Source: Intoshia linei (lineage: Eukaryota > Animalia > Orthonectida). Taken from it: 60,756 nucleotides of DNA. The first letter of the stretch is position 1; the number at the start of each line of letters is the position of its first letter. Of the stretch, positions 27,872-39,054 are shown piece after piece. Under the pieces are notes generated by a model, which ran no database searches, was not told where the DNA came from, and saw only the letters and a list, made by a program, of their open reading frames with translations. The stretch is taken from contig LWCA01000076.1 in the NCBI GenBank assembly GCA_001642005.1, positions 1 to 60,756 of the forward strand, read 5' to 3'. Both the position numbers and the translations under genes were made by a program.

Positions 27872-28998
27872 TGTAGTAAATATTCATAGATATAATGATA
27901 CTATATGTTACTACATTGATATCTAGATATAGTCACGTTCGATTACTTAAATTTCTAAGATTCGGTCCGCCAAAACAAATACAGACCGACATCGGTAGAC
28001 AATTCGAAGCGGCATTAACTAAAGTACTATCCAAACCTTTTGGAGTGTCATTAACTCAAGGAAAAGCTTATAGGTAGCAGGAAATCGGTACTGTAGAACG
28101 GCTTAATAGAATTTTTCGCAAAAAACTAAGAACCAGATGTCAAGAAGATTTTGAGAACTGGGATGAATATATAGATGATATTCTTACAAGTCAACGATTT
28201 TTAATTAATTGACGTACATCAGCTAATCCTTTCGATATGATATATAAATCCAATAACAGTGACAATGAAGAAATATTCAAAAAAAAGGTTGAATTCGACA
28301 ATCGTAATTATGTGGATCGAATGAAATATAACTACGATAAACGTGTCCAGAAAAGTAAAAGTTACCACATTGACAATTATATTTCTAAAAAACCAATTAA
28401 AGCAAAGGAATAAAAATTATACAAACCACGAAGCGATCAAAACAGGGTTTGTAAGTCTCCACCACATCTCTCAAATTATGATGCAACAATTAGCCAGGTT
28501 TGTTCTAACAAACCAACCGATAATGCGTGCATTTTAATGCAAATAATTCTCAACAATTATATTTCTTCAACTATTGACACACAAATATAATAAAAAAATT
28601 AAAGTCACCTGATTGTGACATGGAATCACGTCTAAACGAGCAGTGTCAAAGGCACTACGAGTATATACTCGACTGTTGTCTTAGCGAAAATATCCGCCTG
28701 TCCGAATATCCTCACATTGATAAAAAAAAAATTTTTTTGTCCCACATTTCTCTTATTTAAGGAGGAGTAGTAAATATCCATAGATATTTACTATTTACTA
28801 AAAATATATTGATACTATATGTTATTATACTCTCCAAAAATCTTAATTATTATTTTAAATTATTGTATAATTAATACATATTGGAGGATCCGGCTTATTT
28901 ACATCATCATCATCCATGCAAAATAAATGCAATATCAACAACAATAAGAGCAAATGCAACAATAAATCTAAATTTTTATTTGATGTGATGTTATTACA
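27872..28998 (+). mobile_element. Internally deleted Ty3/Gypsy LTR retrotransposon relic with integrase fragment
   Basis: FGPPKQIQTDIGRQF...AYR*QEIGTVERLNR...ENWDEYI (integrase D..E core). 5' LTR remnant tgtagtaa..ttactaca at 27872-27915; purine tract aaggagg, then a 3' LTR at ~28766-28998 starting with the same gtagtaaatat.catagatat. Confidence 0.8.
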
Positions 28999-30407
28999 TC
29001 ACGTCATGTAGTAGAATTAAATATCTACTGAACTAATGGCTCTCAATATTTTTCGTTTGCGTCATGTAATTTTCAAAAATTTTCTGCATTAATAAATGTA
29101 TATAACTACAAATACATATTATATAAATAAACTACAATGAAAAAGTATTATTATTACTACTATTGTACAATGAAAAAGTATGCAAAATTACAGATTTATT
29201 GAAACCTTTATTCCGATTAAAAATGTATTTAAAAAAATCCTATGATCTTTGTCACCCATGTTGAAACCCACTTTCTGTAAAGTATATAAATTTATATTTT
29301 ACATGTATACATTGTATATGTATTTTACGTGAATTTTGGCAGTCCATTTTATAATGTGATATATTTTTAATTAATATATAAGTTATAATGATGGTATAAA
29401 TTATTTAATTGTAAAAATTAAAATATAATCAGTTTTACATTCATTGACATTAAAAAAATTTTACTTTGATCACTTTCGACCAATTAACGAATAAACGTGC
29501 CACTTTTCATTTATACGATTGTTAATATTAACAGCTCCAATTTAGTTACTATTGCAATGGTCAATCGGGTTGGAATTGTATATGGATAAATCAATAAATA
29601 TTTATTGTGGATATTCATTCATATTGTATTATTGGTGACAATATTGTTATTACTATTTACACTACAAAATAACAAGTTTTATTGATCAAATTTTAAAAAT
29701 ATGTATGCATTATCAGTGTAATTTAAGATTCTTCACGATCAAAAAGGCATATTACCATTCAATCACGTAATGCTTTACAAATTTTTAAATTAAAATTTAT
29801 CAAATTAAACAATTGGCTTGATAATCTCGTTAATAATCTACATTACACTATTATCAATATTAAAATATTAATAACTAAGCTACAATATTGAACAGTAACT
29901 GTAGTTATCAGTGTCACTAATTTGGAACTGAATTATCGTTTAATTGTTTTTAGAAATTATAATTATATTGTCGATCCCATTATTATCGGAATTGTGTATG
30001 TTTTTTAATGTTAAACTTGATAATTGAAATGCGTTAATATGAATTACCATGTACTTTTTAGTACGCATTTTTATGTTTATTTCTATGAAAAAAATTGTTA
30101 ATATAATTGAAATCCAAACTTTGCATGATTTTATATCTATATCTCAGCAACTAATTTATTTGCAGTGATATTTACATAATTTTGTTTATACCTTATTTTA
30201 ACTTTTAGACTTTCTGTGATATACTCATCAATTTGTCATTTATCTAAGCTGACGAACTCCATTTCTGTAAAAACTTGCAGAATTCAAGAATTTAACACTA
30301 TTGCTCATATTTATACATATTTTGTCAGCAGGAAACCTCCATAGGATTTTGTAATTATCAAAACTTTAAAAAATAATATATTATTTTAAGCTAATTTCAA
30401 TCTTAAA

Positions 30408-31202
30408 ATGAATCAGATCTGTATCGAATATCGAAATTTGCGTTTTATTGTGACGTCTGCTCCTCATGATGTTTTCATGAATAACTACATAAATGTAATT
30501 TTTATATAATTTTTAATTTCATTTAAATTTTAAAGATGTTAAAAAGTCATCAGGTAACTGATCTTATAAGAGTTTGCGATGTTAATTATTCAGTTGAAAC
30601 TGAAATGTGGCGAAATGCCAATATTAATATTGAAGATTGGCCTTTTACAGACGGCGACGGCCCACCAGTCGATATTGTCAAAAAATTTCTCTTATTAGTT
30701 AAAAATCGGTTGAAGAATAACCCTGGCTCATGTATCGCAGTTCATTGTGTTTATGGTTTAGGAAGGTTCGAATTATTATATTGTAGTTGTAATAATATTT
30801 AGATCTGTGGCTTTAGTTGCTATTGCACTTATAGAATTTGGCTTAAATTCCAAGCAAGCTGTTGAGTATATTCGAAAGTAATTTTTATAAATTTTATTCC
30901 CTTTGCAATATAAAATTCATTTACTTGTATACATAAAATTAAAATAAAAACAAGTTTTAATATTTATTTTTGGAACTGACATTTGTACTGTATAATTATT
31001 ATTTTCTATTAAAACTTGACATTATCTTATCCTCTGATAATGTGCGCAAATTTTACATATATGTATAATTATTTTGTTTAGTATCAGGAGAGGCGCCTTA
31101 AACACAAAACAGGTCAAATATTTGCAGAATTACTCTCCACGACTAAGTAGCGTAATTAAAAACTGGAAATATAAGGCGCTCACAACATTTTCACGTGGAT
31201 AA
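30408..31202 (+). CDS. PTP4A: PRL/PTP4A-family phosphatase, atypical, 4 exons
   Basis: IEYRNLRFIVT.AP; LIRVC; DWPFTDG..PP; PGSCIAVHCVYGLGRS.ALVAIALIE; AVEYIR.IRRGALNTKQ..YL..Y.PR. Exons 30408-30494, 30536-30765, 30803-30877, 31082-31202. Confidence 0.92.
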
Positions 31203-31510
31203 TATAGTACCTGTATTTAACTATAGCTACAGCCATGTTTTAATAAATGATTTGTGTCACGTATCACATTCAAGTTATAATTTCCTTTGATTAGTATTAT
31301 AATCGACATAATTATGTCCCAGTATCTTTATTAGTAATTAATTAATACATAGAAAATTCAAAACCTGATAATTCTGTTTAATTTGAAGTGTTAAGTATCT
31401 TCACTGTTGACACATTTTTCTTAAACCAACAATGATATGTAGAATATTCAAAAACGAAAACTAAATCTATTAAGTGGAAAACCAATAAACGTATAATGTA
31501 TTGAAAATAA

Positions 31511-34500
31511 TTACAAATTATTAGTTTCAGCAATGATAATATTTCCATTGATGGTACCACATATAAAATAATCCAAATTTTTTGGAAAATGAGAATCAAT
31601 GACGGGTTCTTTATTAGTTAGAATTAAAGTATCAAATTGAGAAATTGCATTATCATTAATATAATAAAAATTGACAAATCCATCGCTAGTTCCACAAACT
31701 ACAATAAATGAATTAATTTTTCAATCATGGTCTCTATTTTTTAAGTTTCAATTTCGAGCGTGAATTTTAATTAAATTTTAAGAAATGCTCCCCAAACGTT
31801 ACTACATTACTTTTACGTTCGTAGTAGGATATTAAAAATTATTTTTGTATTTGCTCATTTACATGCTTAATATAATCAAAGGAATTACAAAAACAAATTG
31901 AATACTTTGACGTCTTTAAGAGATTATAATTTGATATAAAATGCCCCCTAATATCAAGATTTTCTTGATTGTGGCGTATACGTTGAAAAGGTTGAACGGC
32001 AAAGTTTGTATCAATTCTAAAAGTGAATCCACAATAATAGAAATGTCAAACTACCTGAGTATGTAAATAAAATTATCTGAACAATTCGCCAATAAATAAA
32101 TTCTTCTATTTTTTGTCAATTTTTGAGAATCATGAATATCCAGATTATTTATTGTGTATTGAGGTGATACTAGAGTTCTAAAATTAATTGTAGTATAGTT
32201 TTCACATCCTTACTTATATAAGTATATTATATAGCATATTATAATATGCTACGCAATATTTGTGTGTTTTCCACTTTATTGAAATAACTACCAGTCTTAG
32301 AATTTTATAAAGTCCAGATTTCAATTACAGTTTTTTCTGGGACATGTAATAAGATAAATTTCAACCTCCCAAACTCACATCTTACGGGTCAAAAACCCCA
32401 GTTGTCTTTTTTTTGAAAATCAAACGAGTTGGAGAATTTAAAAAGATACATACGCTGATAGGGATTTTAAAATCCTAAATTTAAATTTAAAAAAATTATT
32501 TCTTCAGGGCCAAAACCACAAATTACCCTTCTTTTTTTAATGAAAACAGCCCTAGAATTTCAAAAAATTTACAGGTTGTACAGTTGTATCCTGTTAACAC
32601 ACAGAAAATTTCAATCCAAATAAGTGATGACTTCACGGTCAAAAAAGCATTTTAGTATTCATATATTTTTTTTCTGAAATATTTTATTAAAAATGTGAAA
32701 TAATTAACGTTCCGAAAATTAAGAAAAAAAGATTATTCTGATAGAGCTTATACGGAATTTAGTTTCCGCAAACGCGTTACCGGTAGTGGAAATTAGGAAA
32801 AGTACCGTCTCCAATAGATACATAAAACATAATAATGCTTCATACACATATTTTTGTTATGATTTGACCTGAATTAGATGATTTAAAATATAAACAATTG
32901 ACATTGAATTTACATTAACTTAGTAATAGTTATAATAGTTAGTCAGTAATAGATAAAAGTAAATAAGAATTGAAATTATTCCTATAATTAAATAAATTTT
33001 TATCTATTAAAGTAAAATAACATCAAATTAATACACTAATATATAAAAAATTTTTGATTAAAATAAAAATATTGATCCTACAATTTCAAAAATGTGCATT
33101 GAACGCCTACACATTTCCAATAAAGAAATATGGGTGAAAATCTATATAATTCATTCCTATGGAATTTTTTTCATTGCTACGCATTTTCAAAACATTTAAA
33201 TAAAAACTGCAATGTGCCTCGGCAGAGCTAGGTTCTGTTTGTACGTAGTACATAACAGTCAACCTAGTTAAATATAAATATTATGCAAGTTTACATTTAA
33301 ATTTAAAAAATACCGTTTGTGCTTTCTAATTCGACAAGAATCAACCATCATTACTTTTAAGGTACAAACATTCCCATGATTATCTCCTATCCAAAAATAA
33401 CTACCAGTTGCATCGAAAACCATACATCTGATGGAGCCATTCGATTTAATTCCTTCATTAACCTAAATAACAAGTTACACAAAACCTGACTAAATTACGT
33501 AGCTACTATAAAATCATTTTCTCTAAAATTTCCTTATAGTCCATTGTTATTATTCAACTAATAATGTAGTAGTGTCAGGGTCAAAATCCCCAAATTTATG
33601 CATCATGTTACCGTGTTCCTACTACAATGTAGTAATTAAAAAATGGTTTCCAAAATATTAAAAATTTAAAACAATGGACCCTTAAATAATAAACTGAGAC
33701 TACAGCAGTGTGGCCACTATTTTTTAGTCGTGGGCGTATTGCAGTCACAATTACAATTGCTATAAATCAGGGGTCGGAACTTTTTTCATTTCGTGGGCCA
33801 ATTTTTTATATCAAAAAATTATGAGCCCCGTTTTTGAAAATTTACACATGGTAGATTTCAATTTTAACTAAAGAGAAAAGGTTATAGTATATTGAACAAA
33901 ATAATATCCGGGACGATCTGAAAATTCAGTATTAAAATGAGCCAATTATAGAAAAAACCCGTGTTTCAAAGTTGAAAAATTAAAAATAAATAATTTACAT
34001 ATTTACTCAGGACCACCAAAATTATTATGTGGACCACTGGTTAACACCCCTTATATAAATGATAAACATATTAGTGTATTCATAAATCTAATATTTTAAG
34101 TTATTGTAAAAACACGCAATTACCTTTCCCGTTGAAATATTACACAGTCGGATCCATCCGTAGTCATCACCAATCTAATTATAACAATTCATATAAAACT
34201 AAAAATTACAAATAAAAAGTTGCTGTTGAGTTTGTAAAACAAACACACATTTACTTTCCTTTTAATTTTAGAGTTTATTATTCTAAGAGGTTTTCTTAAA
34301 TTTTTAGACCATATTATTATCGTTCCAATTTCAGATACTGAAGCAAAAATATCACCTGTGCTATTCCAGTCAACATCTAATATATATAAAAATAAATACA
34401 CATCAAGCATTTCTAGTTTTATTACCAGCAAAATTAACAAATTAATTTAATTTTGTAAAATACTTTACAGCAGAGTTGCAAGATGTTGGGATTTTATCCC

Positions 34501-35398
34501 AAAACCTAAACGACCGCTACATTATTATTTCAAAAACCACACTTTTATTCCACCATTAATAAAATTTACAGTGCCATAAGTTTTAATAAAAAATTCCACT
34601 TCAAACACCCAGAGAAAAATCGACTTTTACCGATATTTATTTGAAAAATTCAATTAATCTAACCAAATATAAAAAATCTAATTTTTTCAATATTTTTTGA
34701 TATAATCAAAACTAAATCTTTAGATAATTCTGAGAAAAACCCTTTAATTTTTTAATAAATATTTTATATTTCATGTTTCCTATAATACGTACACTAATTT
34801 AATCAAGAACCACTGCTCTAAATGTATCAAACCATAATTATTACACTTTGATACTGACTAAATTAAAAATATGGAATATAATATACCACAGACATTGCAA
34901 TTATGACCAACAAAAAATTGTATTATAGGATTTGCATATGAGATATTTGTAAGGCACATCATTGATATACGACCATCCTTGGAAGCACAAAGCAGATTAT
35001 TGCCATTTGGTGAAAATTTTAAACAATTTACTAAAATTTTATTGAATTAATAATTCCAAATAAGAAAAGGGTAAGAACCCATGCTCAATCCACTGTTTAA
35101 TCCAGCAGTTTCCAAACCTTTATTTGCATTGTTACCCTGCTAGAGTAAAAATTTATGTTGAAATAGGGGTCCGCCGATTTTTAAGTTTAAGAACCACTGT
35201 TGTAAATGTTTGTTTATTTTTTATGAAAAATTCACAAAAACATACTAGATTTTGGGTGAACATTAAATATGTTTTCCGATGATCCAAATTGTAAAGAACT
35301 AAAAAATATAAGTTAAAATATGTCCAAAAATAAACCAATAAGATTTATATTTCAAGTCTAGTATTTTTTTTCTAGTTTCAAGATAATTTTCAGTTTTC
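31511..35398 (-). CDS. WDR13: WDR13-like WD40-repeat protein (5' end not located)
   Basis: Exons encode YLETRKKILDLKY, HPKSINCLKFSPNGNNLLCASKDGRIS..VGH, DVDWNSTGDIFASVS, LCNISTGK, VFDATGSYFWIGDNHG and CGTSDGFVNF..EPVIDSHF..CGTINGNII*. NISTGK and FDA.G...W.GD..G match WDR13 as recalled. Confidence 0.75.
32207..33267 (+). mobile_element. Complete non-autonomous Helitron (1061 bp) in WDR13 intron
   Basis: A|TCcttacttatata ... ctgtttgtac-gta-gtacataacag hairpin, then tcaacCTAG|T. Confidence 0.88.
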
Positions 35399-36099
35399 TA
35401 AATGTTAGATTTAGCAAATTTCATTTATATTTTAGTCAATTTATTATTCAAGATTTTAAAGAACACAAATCAGTTGTTTCGAAAGTTAGAAGCGTACTTT
35501 TGGGGTTTTTAGAGAATTTTTTTCTATATGTTTTTAATGTTTTAATTATAATGCTCTTAGAATATACAAATAAAAAATTGTCTTAACACGTTTGGGTACG
35601 ATTCTTTTAAAAGATTGTGAATAGTGGTCTTTATATGAAAGATTTTATTTTTTTGGTAGAATAATAAAAGCACGCTCTCAGAATAGCTAGGTGCTGTTTG
35701 TACAAAGTACAAAACAGCCAAGCTATTAAAATATATAAATTCTTCAATGGAATAAATTTTTCATTTTAATAAAATACATCATTCATGCTATATATCTCTA
35801 CATACTTTTTTGAAAGTTTATTTAGCTAACAGGCAGGCCAAAAAAAAAAAAATTTGTATTTTTTTTCAAAATTATTATTTCTCCAAAATTTCCAACATTG
35901 CAAACTTTAGAGTGTAAAGTTTTTTGGAATCAGATCAACGAATTTTTTATCTAAAAGTTTGCTAAAATTGGATTTTTTCACATATTTGACTAAATTGAAT
36001 AAAATATGTTAAAAATTTATCATTCACCCTAATCATCTAAAATTTTAGTATTCACCCCCTCATAAAAATAGTCACCCCATGAGAAGCACTGCTTTAGAC

Positions 36100-36470
36100 C
36101 AGTGTTTCCCAACCTTTTTTATGCTAGGCCCCTCTTTTACTCTTAAAAAAATCCCAGGCCCCACTGAAAAAAAATTCGAGTGAATTATAATAAATTAATC
36201 ATAAAAACAATAATAATGTATTTTTGTATTTTTAGAATTAATGAGACGATTGAGCCTGACCATTCTGACAGAGTTTATTAATATTAGGTACTAATGTTTT
36301 GAGCTTTAATCGCTAAATAAGAGGATGGAAATGGCAACAAAGCAATCCTAGCAAAAGTAGTTAAAGTCGAATAATTTTGTAAATTTGGCATTTTGCATAT
36401 ACTCATCAATTTAGTTGAATTTGAATTCAATAGCCCACGATCATTAAAGATATACTCCCTCTGTTCCAAA
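36100..36470 (-). mobile_element. hAT transposon end with dimerisation-domain relic
   Basis: hAT-like terminus cagtgtttcccaacc with ggcccc subterminal motifs. The minus ORF has YSTLTTFARIALLPFPSSYLA (hATC-like). Confidence 0.6.
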
Positions 36471-36789
36471 ATAATGTTTATATTTGGGATAAACCTTTCC
36501 GATTATCACTGTTTTTGGTGAACTTTAAGTTTTATTAATTTTCTTTGATAGATTACAATCTAATATGCCTGGACTAACATAAATTTCTGCTAATTTGCAA
36601 GTTTATACTTATTTGACTGTCATTATTTTTTTTGTTGCAGGTATAAACCTAAAATAGCTACAAAAAGATTACGTCCAACGTACCATGTACTTGTCTAATG
36701 NATGTTATGTATGTAAGGGTTAATAGCAAAAATAAAAAACAATATTTTATAATTTTTTAAATACAAATTTAAAGCTAAAATTACATATC

Positions 36790-37177
36790 TATGAATGTTT
36801 TAAAAATCTACGGATTTTACAATCAAACATTATCATTAATTAAAATTTAAAAAAATTATATTTTCAGGGCCAAAACCCCAAATTACCCTTCTTTTTTTAA
36901 TGAAAACAGCCCTAGAATTTCAAAAAATTTACAGGTTGTACAGTTGTATCCTATTAACACACACAGAAAATTTTAATCCCAATAAGTGACTACTTCATAG
37001 TTTCTTTCACACTTTCAATCTCAGAAATTTGATATAATAATTATTATAATGACATGGTACTAGAAATTAAAAATAAAAATTTGCTTCACACGTTTGGGTA
37101 TCATTAGTTTCAAAGATTGGTTAAGTAAGTCAGCAGAGGTAATGCTGTTTGTATGAAATACAAAACAGCCTAGCTAG
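36790..37177 (+). mobile_element. Helitron family copy with variant 3' end
   Basis: Internal module nearly identical to 32480-32640; ends ctgtttgtat-gaa-atacaaaacag cctagCTAG|T. A related end lies at 35560-35727. Confidence 0.75.
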
Positions 37178-37770
37178 TAATTCTATATTCGTCGTATTCA
37201 TAATATCATAATCGTATTATATTAAATCAAATTTAATATTTCAAATAACGACAAGTTTATAAGTATGCATTGATTGTGTCTAAATTTTATGATTTTCAAA
37301 TGTATTTTAAGACTAACTCATCAATTCAATGTTGTTTAATATATTTTTATCATGAAATTTATGCTATACTTCCAGAAAATACAACGTATGTACTTATGTA
37401 TTTTCACCGGTTATTTAAAAACTAACATTGCTAGAATTTTAAAAACCACAAATTCTAATTCAGTTGTTCCAATAAGTATTTACGATAAATTACATTCTTA
37501 GAATTTTTATATGTTCAATAACTCAAATTACCGTTTTATTACCCATATTTTGCAAATTAGAAAAAATATTTAATAATTAAGACTTAAAATTTATAAAAAA
37601 AATTTTACCTTAAGAAATTCCAACCGAAATGTTCAAATTTACAAAATTTTAAATTAAATTCGAAACTAATAATCGTACATATGGAGGATACACGTGATCT
37701 ATGGTGCTCAAATTGAGTACGCGGACCCCAGGATCAATTTGATATTTTTATATAAATATAATAATCTCTA

Positions 37771-38844
37771 TTATAAACCTTTGCTCATCTCAATAAGATA
37801 AATTTTATAAGAGCTTAAGATAATGGGAAGAGATTTTTTGCATTCGACAATTTTAAGTTCTATTTGATAAGCCAAATTTTCACTGATTAAATCATCTTTT
37901 CGTTCATCGACAACAGAAAACATTTTACTGGATATAGGTCCCAATTTCTAGACAAATTAAAAATAACAATTAAAAAAGAAACAAATAATGCAATTTCCAT
38001 TAAACAGTAATTAAAAAAATGTAATTGACAACAGGCAATCGTGTCAATTATTGATTTTATCGAATCAATTCAATATATCACATTTTGAAAGTGATACTCT
38101 TTTAGCATTCGATAGCATCAAGTAGTTAATCTTTCATTATTTTGTATTTGACACTAATGAAAAATATTGATAACTACCGTCAGTGATACTACCCGGTTCG
38201 GAAATGTCGTAATGTTAATTGCATAGGATAATTATGACAAAACTAAACCTTGATGAAAGCAAGCAAATCTTTGATAATTTGTATTCCATCTTTTCCTTCA
38301 TGGATGTAAAGAATAGTGTCATTGCAAGCTATAATAATGTTTCGGATGAGATAATCATCGTACGATAAAAGCAACGATTGAGTTCCCAACATAATTTCTA
38401 AACTTGAATTTAGGGGTTCCAATATTGTTTACTTCTACAAGATGAAAAACTAAGGTTTAATGCTTTTCGATCGACTTTGTTTTCTTGGAGAATTTTAGAA
38501 GCGGAACTTAGATCGTCAAACCCTAAATCAATTTGTTTTAGAGAAGACTCCATTTGAGTCTTAAATTCCTCGTCCGTAGAATCAGCCGTCGTTTCAGCGG
38601 CCTATGAATATTAATAATACAAATATTTAAAAGTTTACTTCCGCTAAACCATGAATAGCCGATTGAATCGTTCCCACAACCTCATCAGTGATACTTAACG
38701 TAGATAGCCCCTTTTCCACTTGGTCATATAAAATAACGAAACGGCTTATCTTGAAAAAAATTATTTTAAACTGAAAACCTCGCTTACCTGAGCCGCTATC
38801 GGTTCCAAAACATTTTGTAACTCTTTAACATGAATATCTGACAT
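37771..38844 (-). CDS. VCL: Vinculin-like protein, N-terminal D1 head region only (5 exons seen; 3' end uncertain)
   Basis: MSDIHVKELQNVLEPIAAQ|ISRFVIL ~ vinculin [46 protein letters not shown].AC ~ [44 protein letters not shown] ~ [20 protein letters not shown]. Three introns of 35-38 nt and one longer intron. Confidence 0.85.
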
Positions 38845-39054
38845 TGTTGTTAAATTTATCAATATGAAAACAAATATTTATATACACTGTTTACTTACGA
38901 TTTATGGATAAAAGTAAAAAATGACAAATTTTACATTTATTTATTAAAATATAAATCGTTCAATCATAATACACAATAAATAAATGTAAACGGGCTTGAT
39001 AAATTCGTTTGATAACCTAAAAAAACATTTAAAAATAAACTACAATTGTATTAC

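Noticed and set aside
37949-38000. ATG at 38000 with a 35-nt intron as the start of WDR13
   Set aside because: The downstream exon ([16 protein letters not shown]) matches vinculin and is in phase with the preceding vinculin exon.
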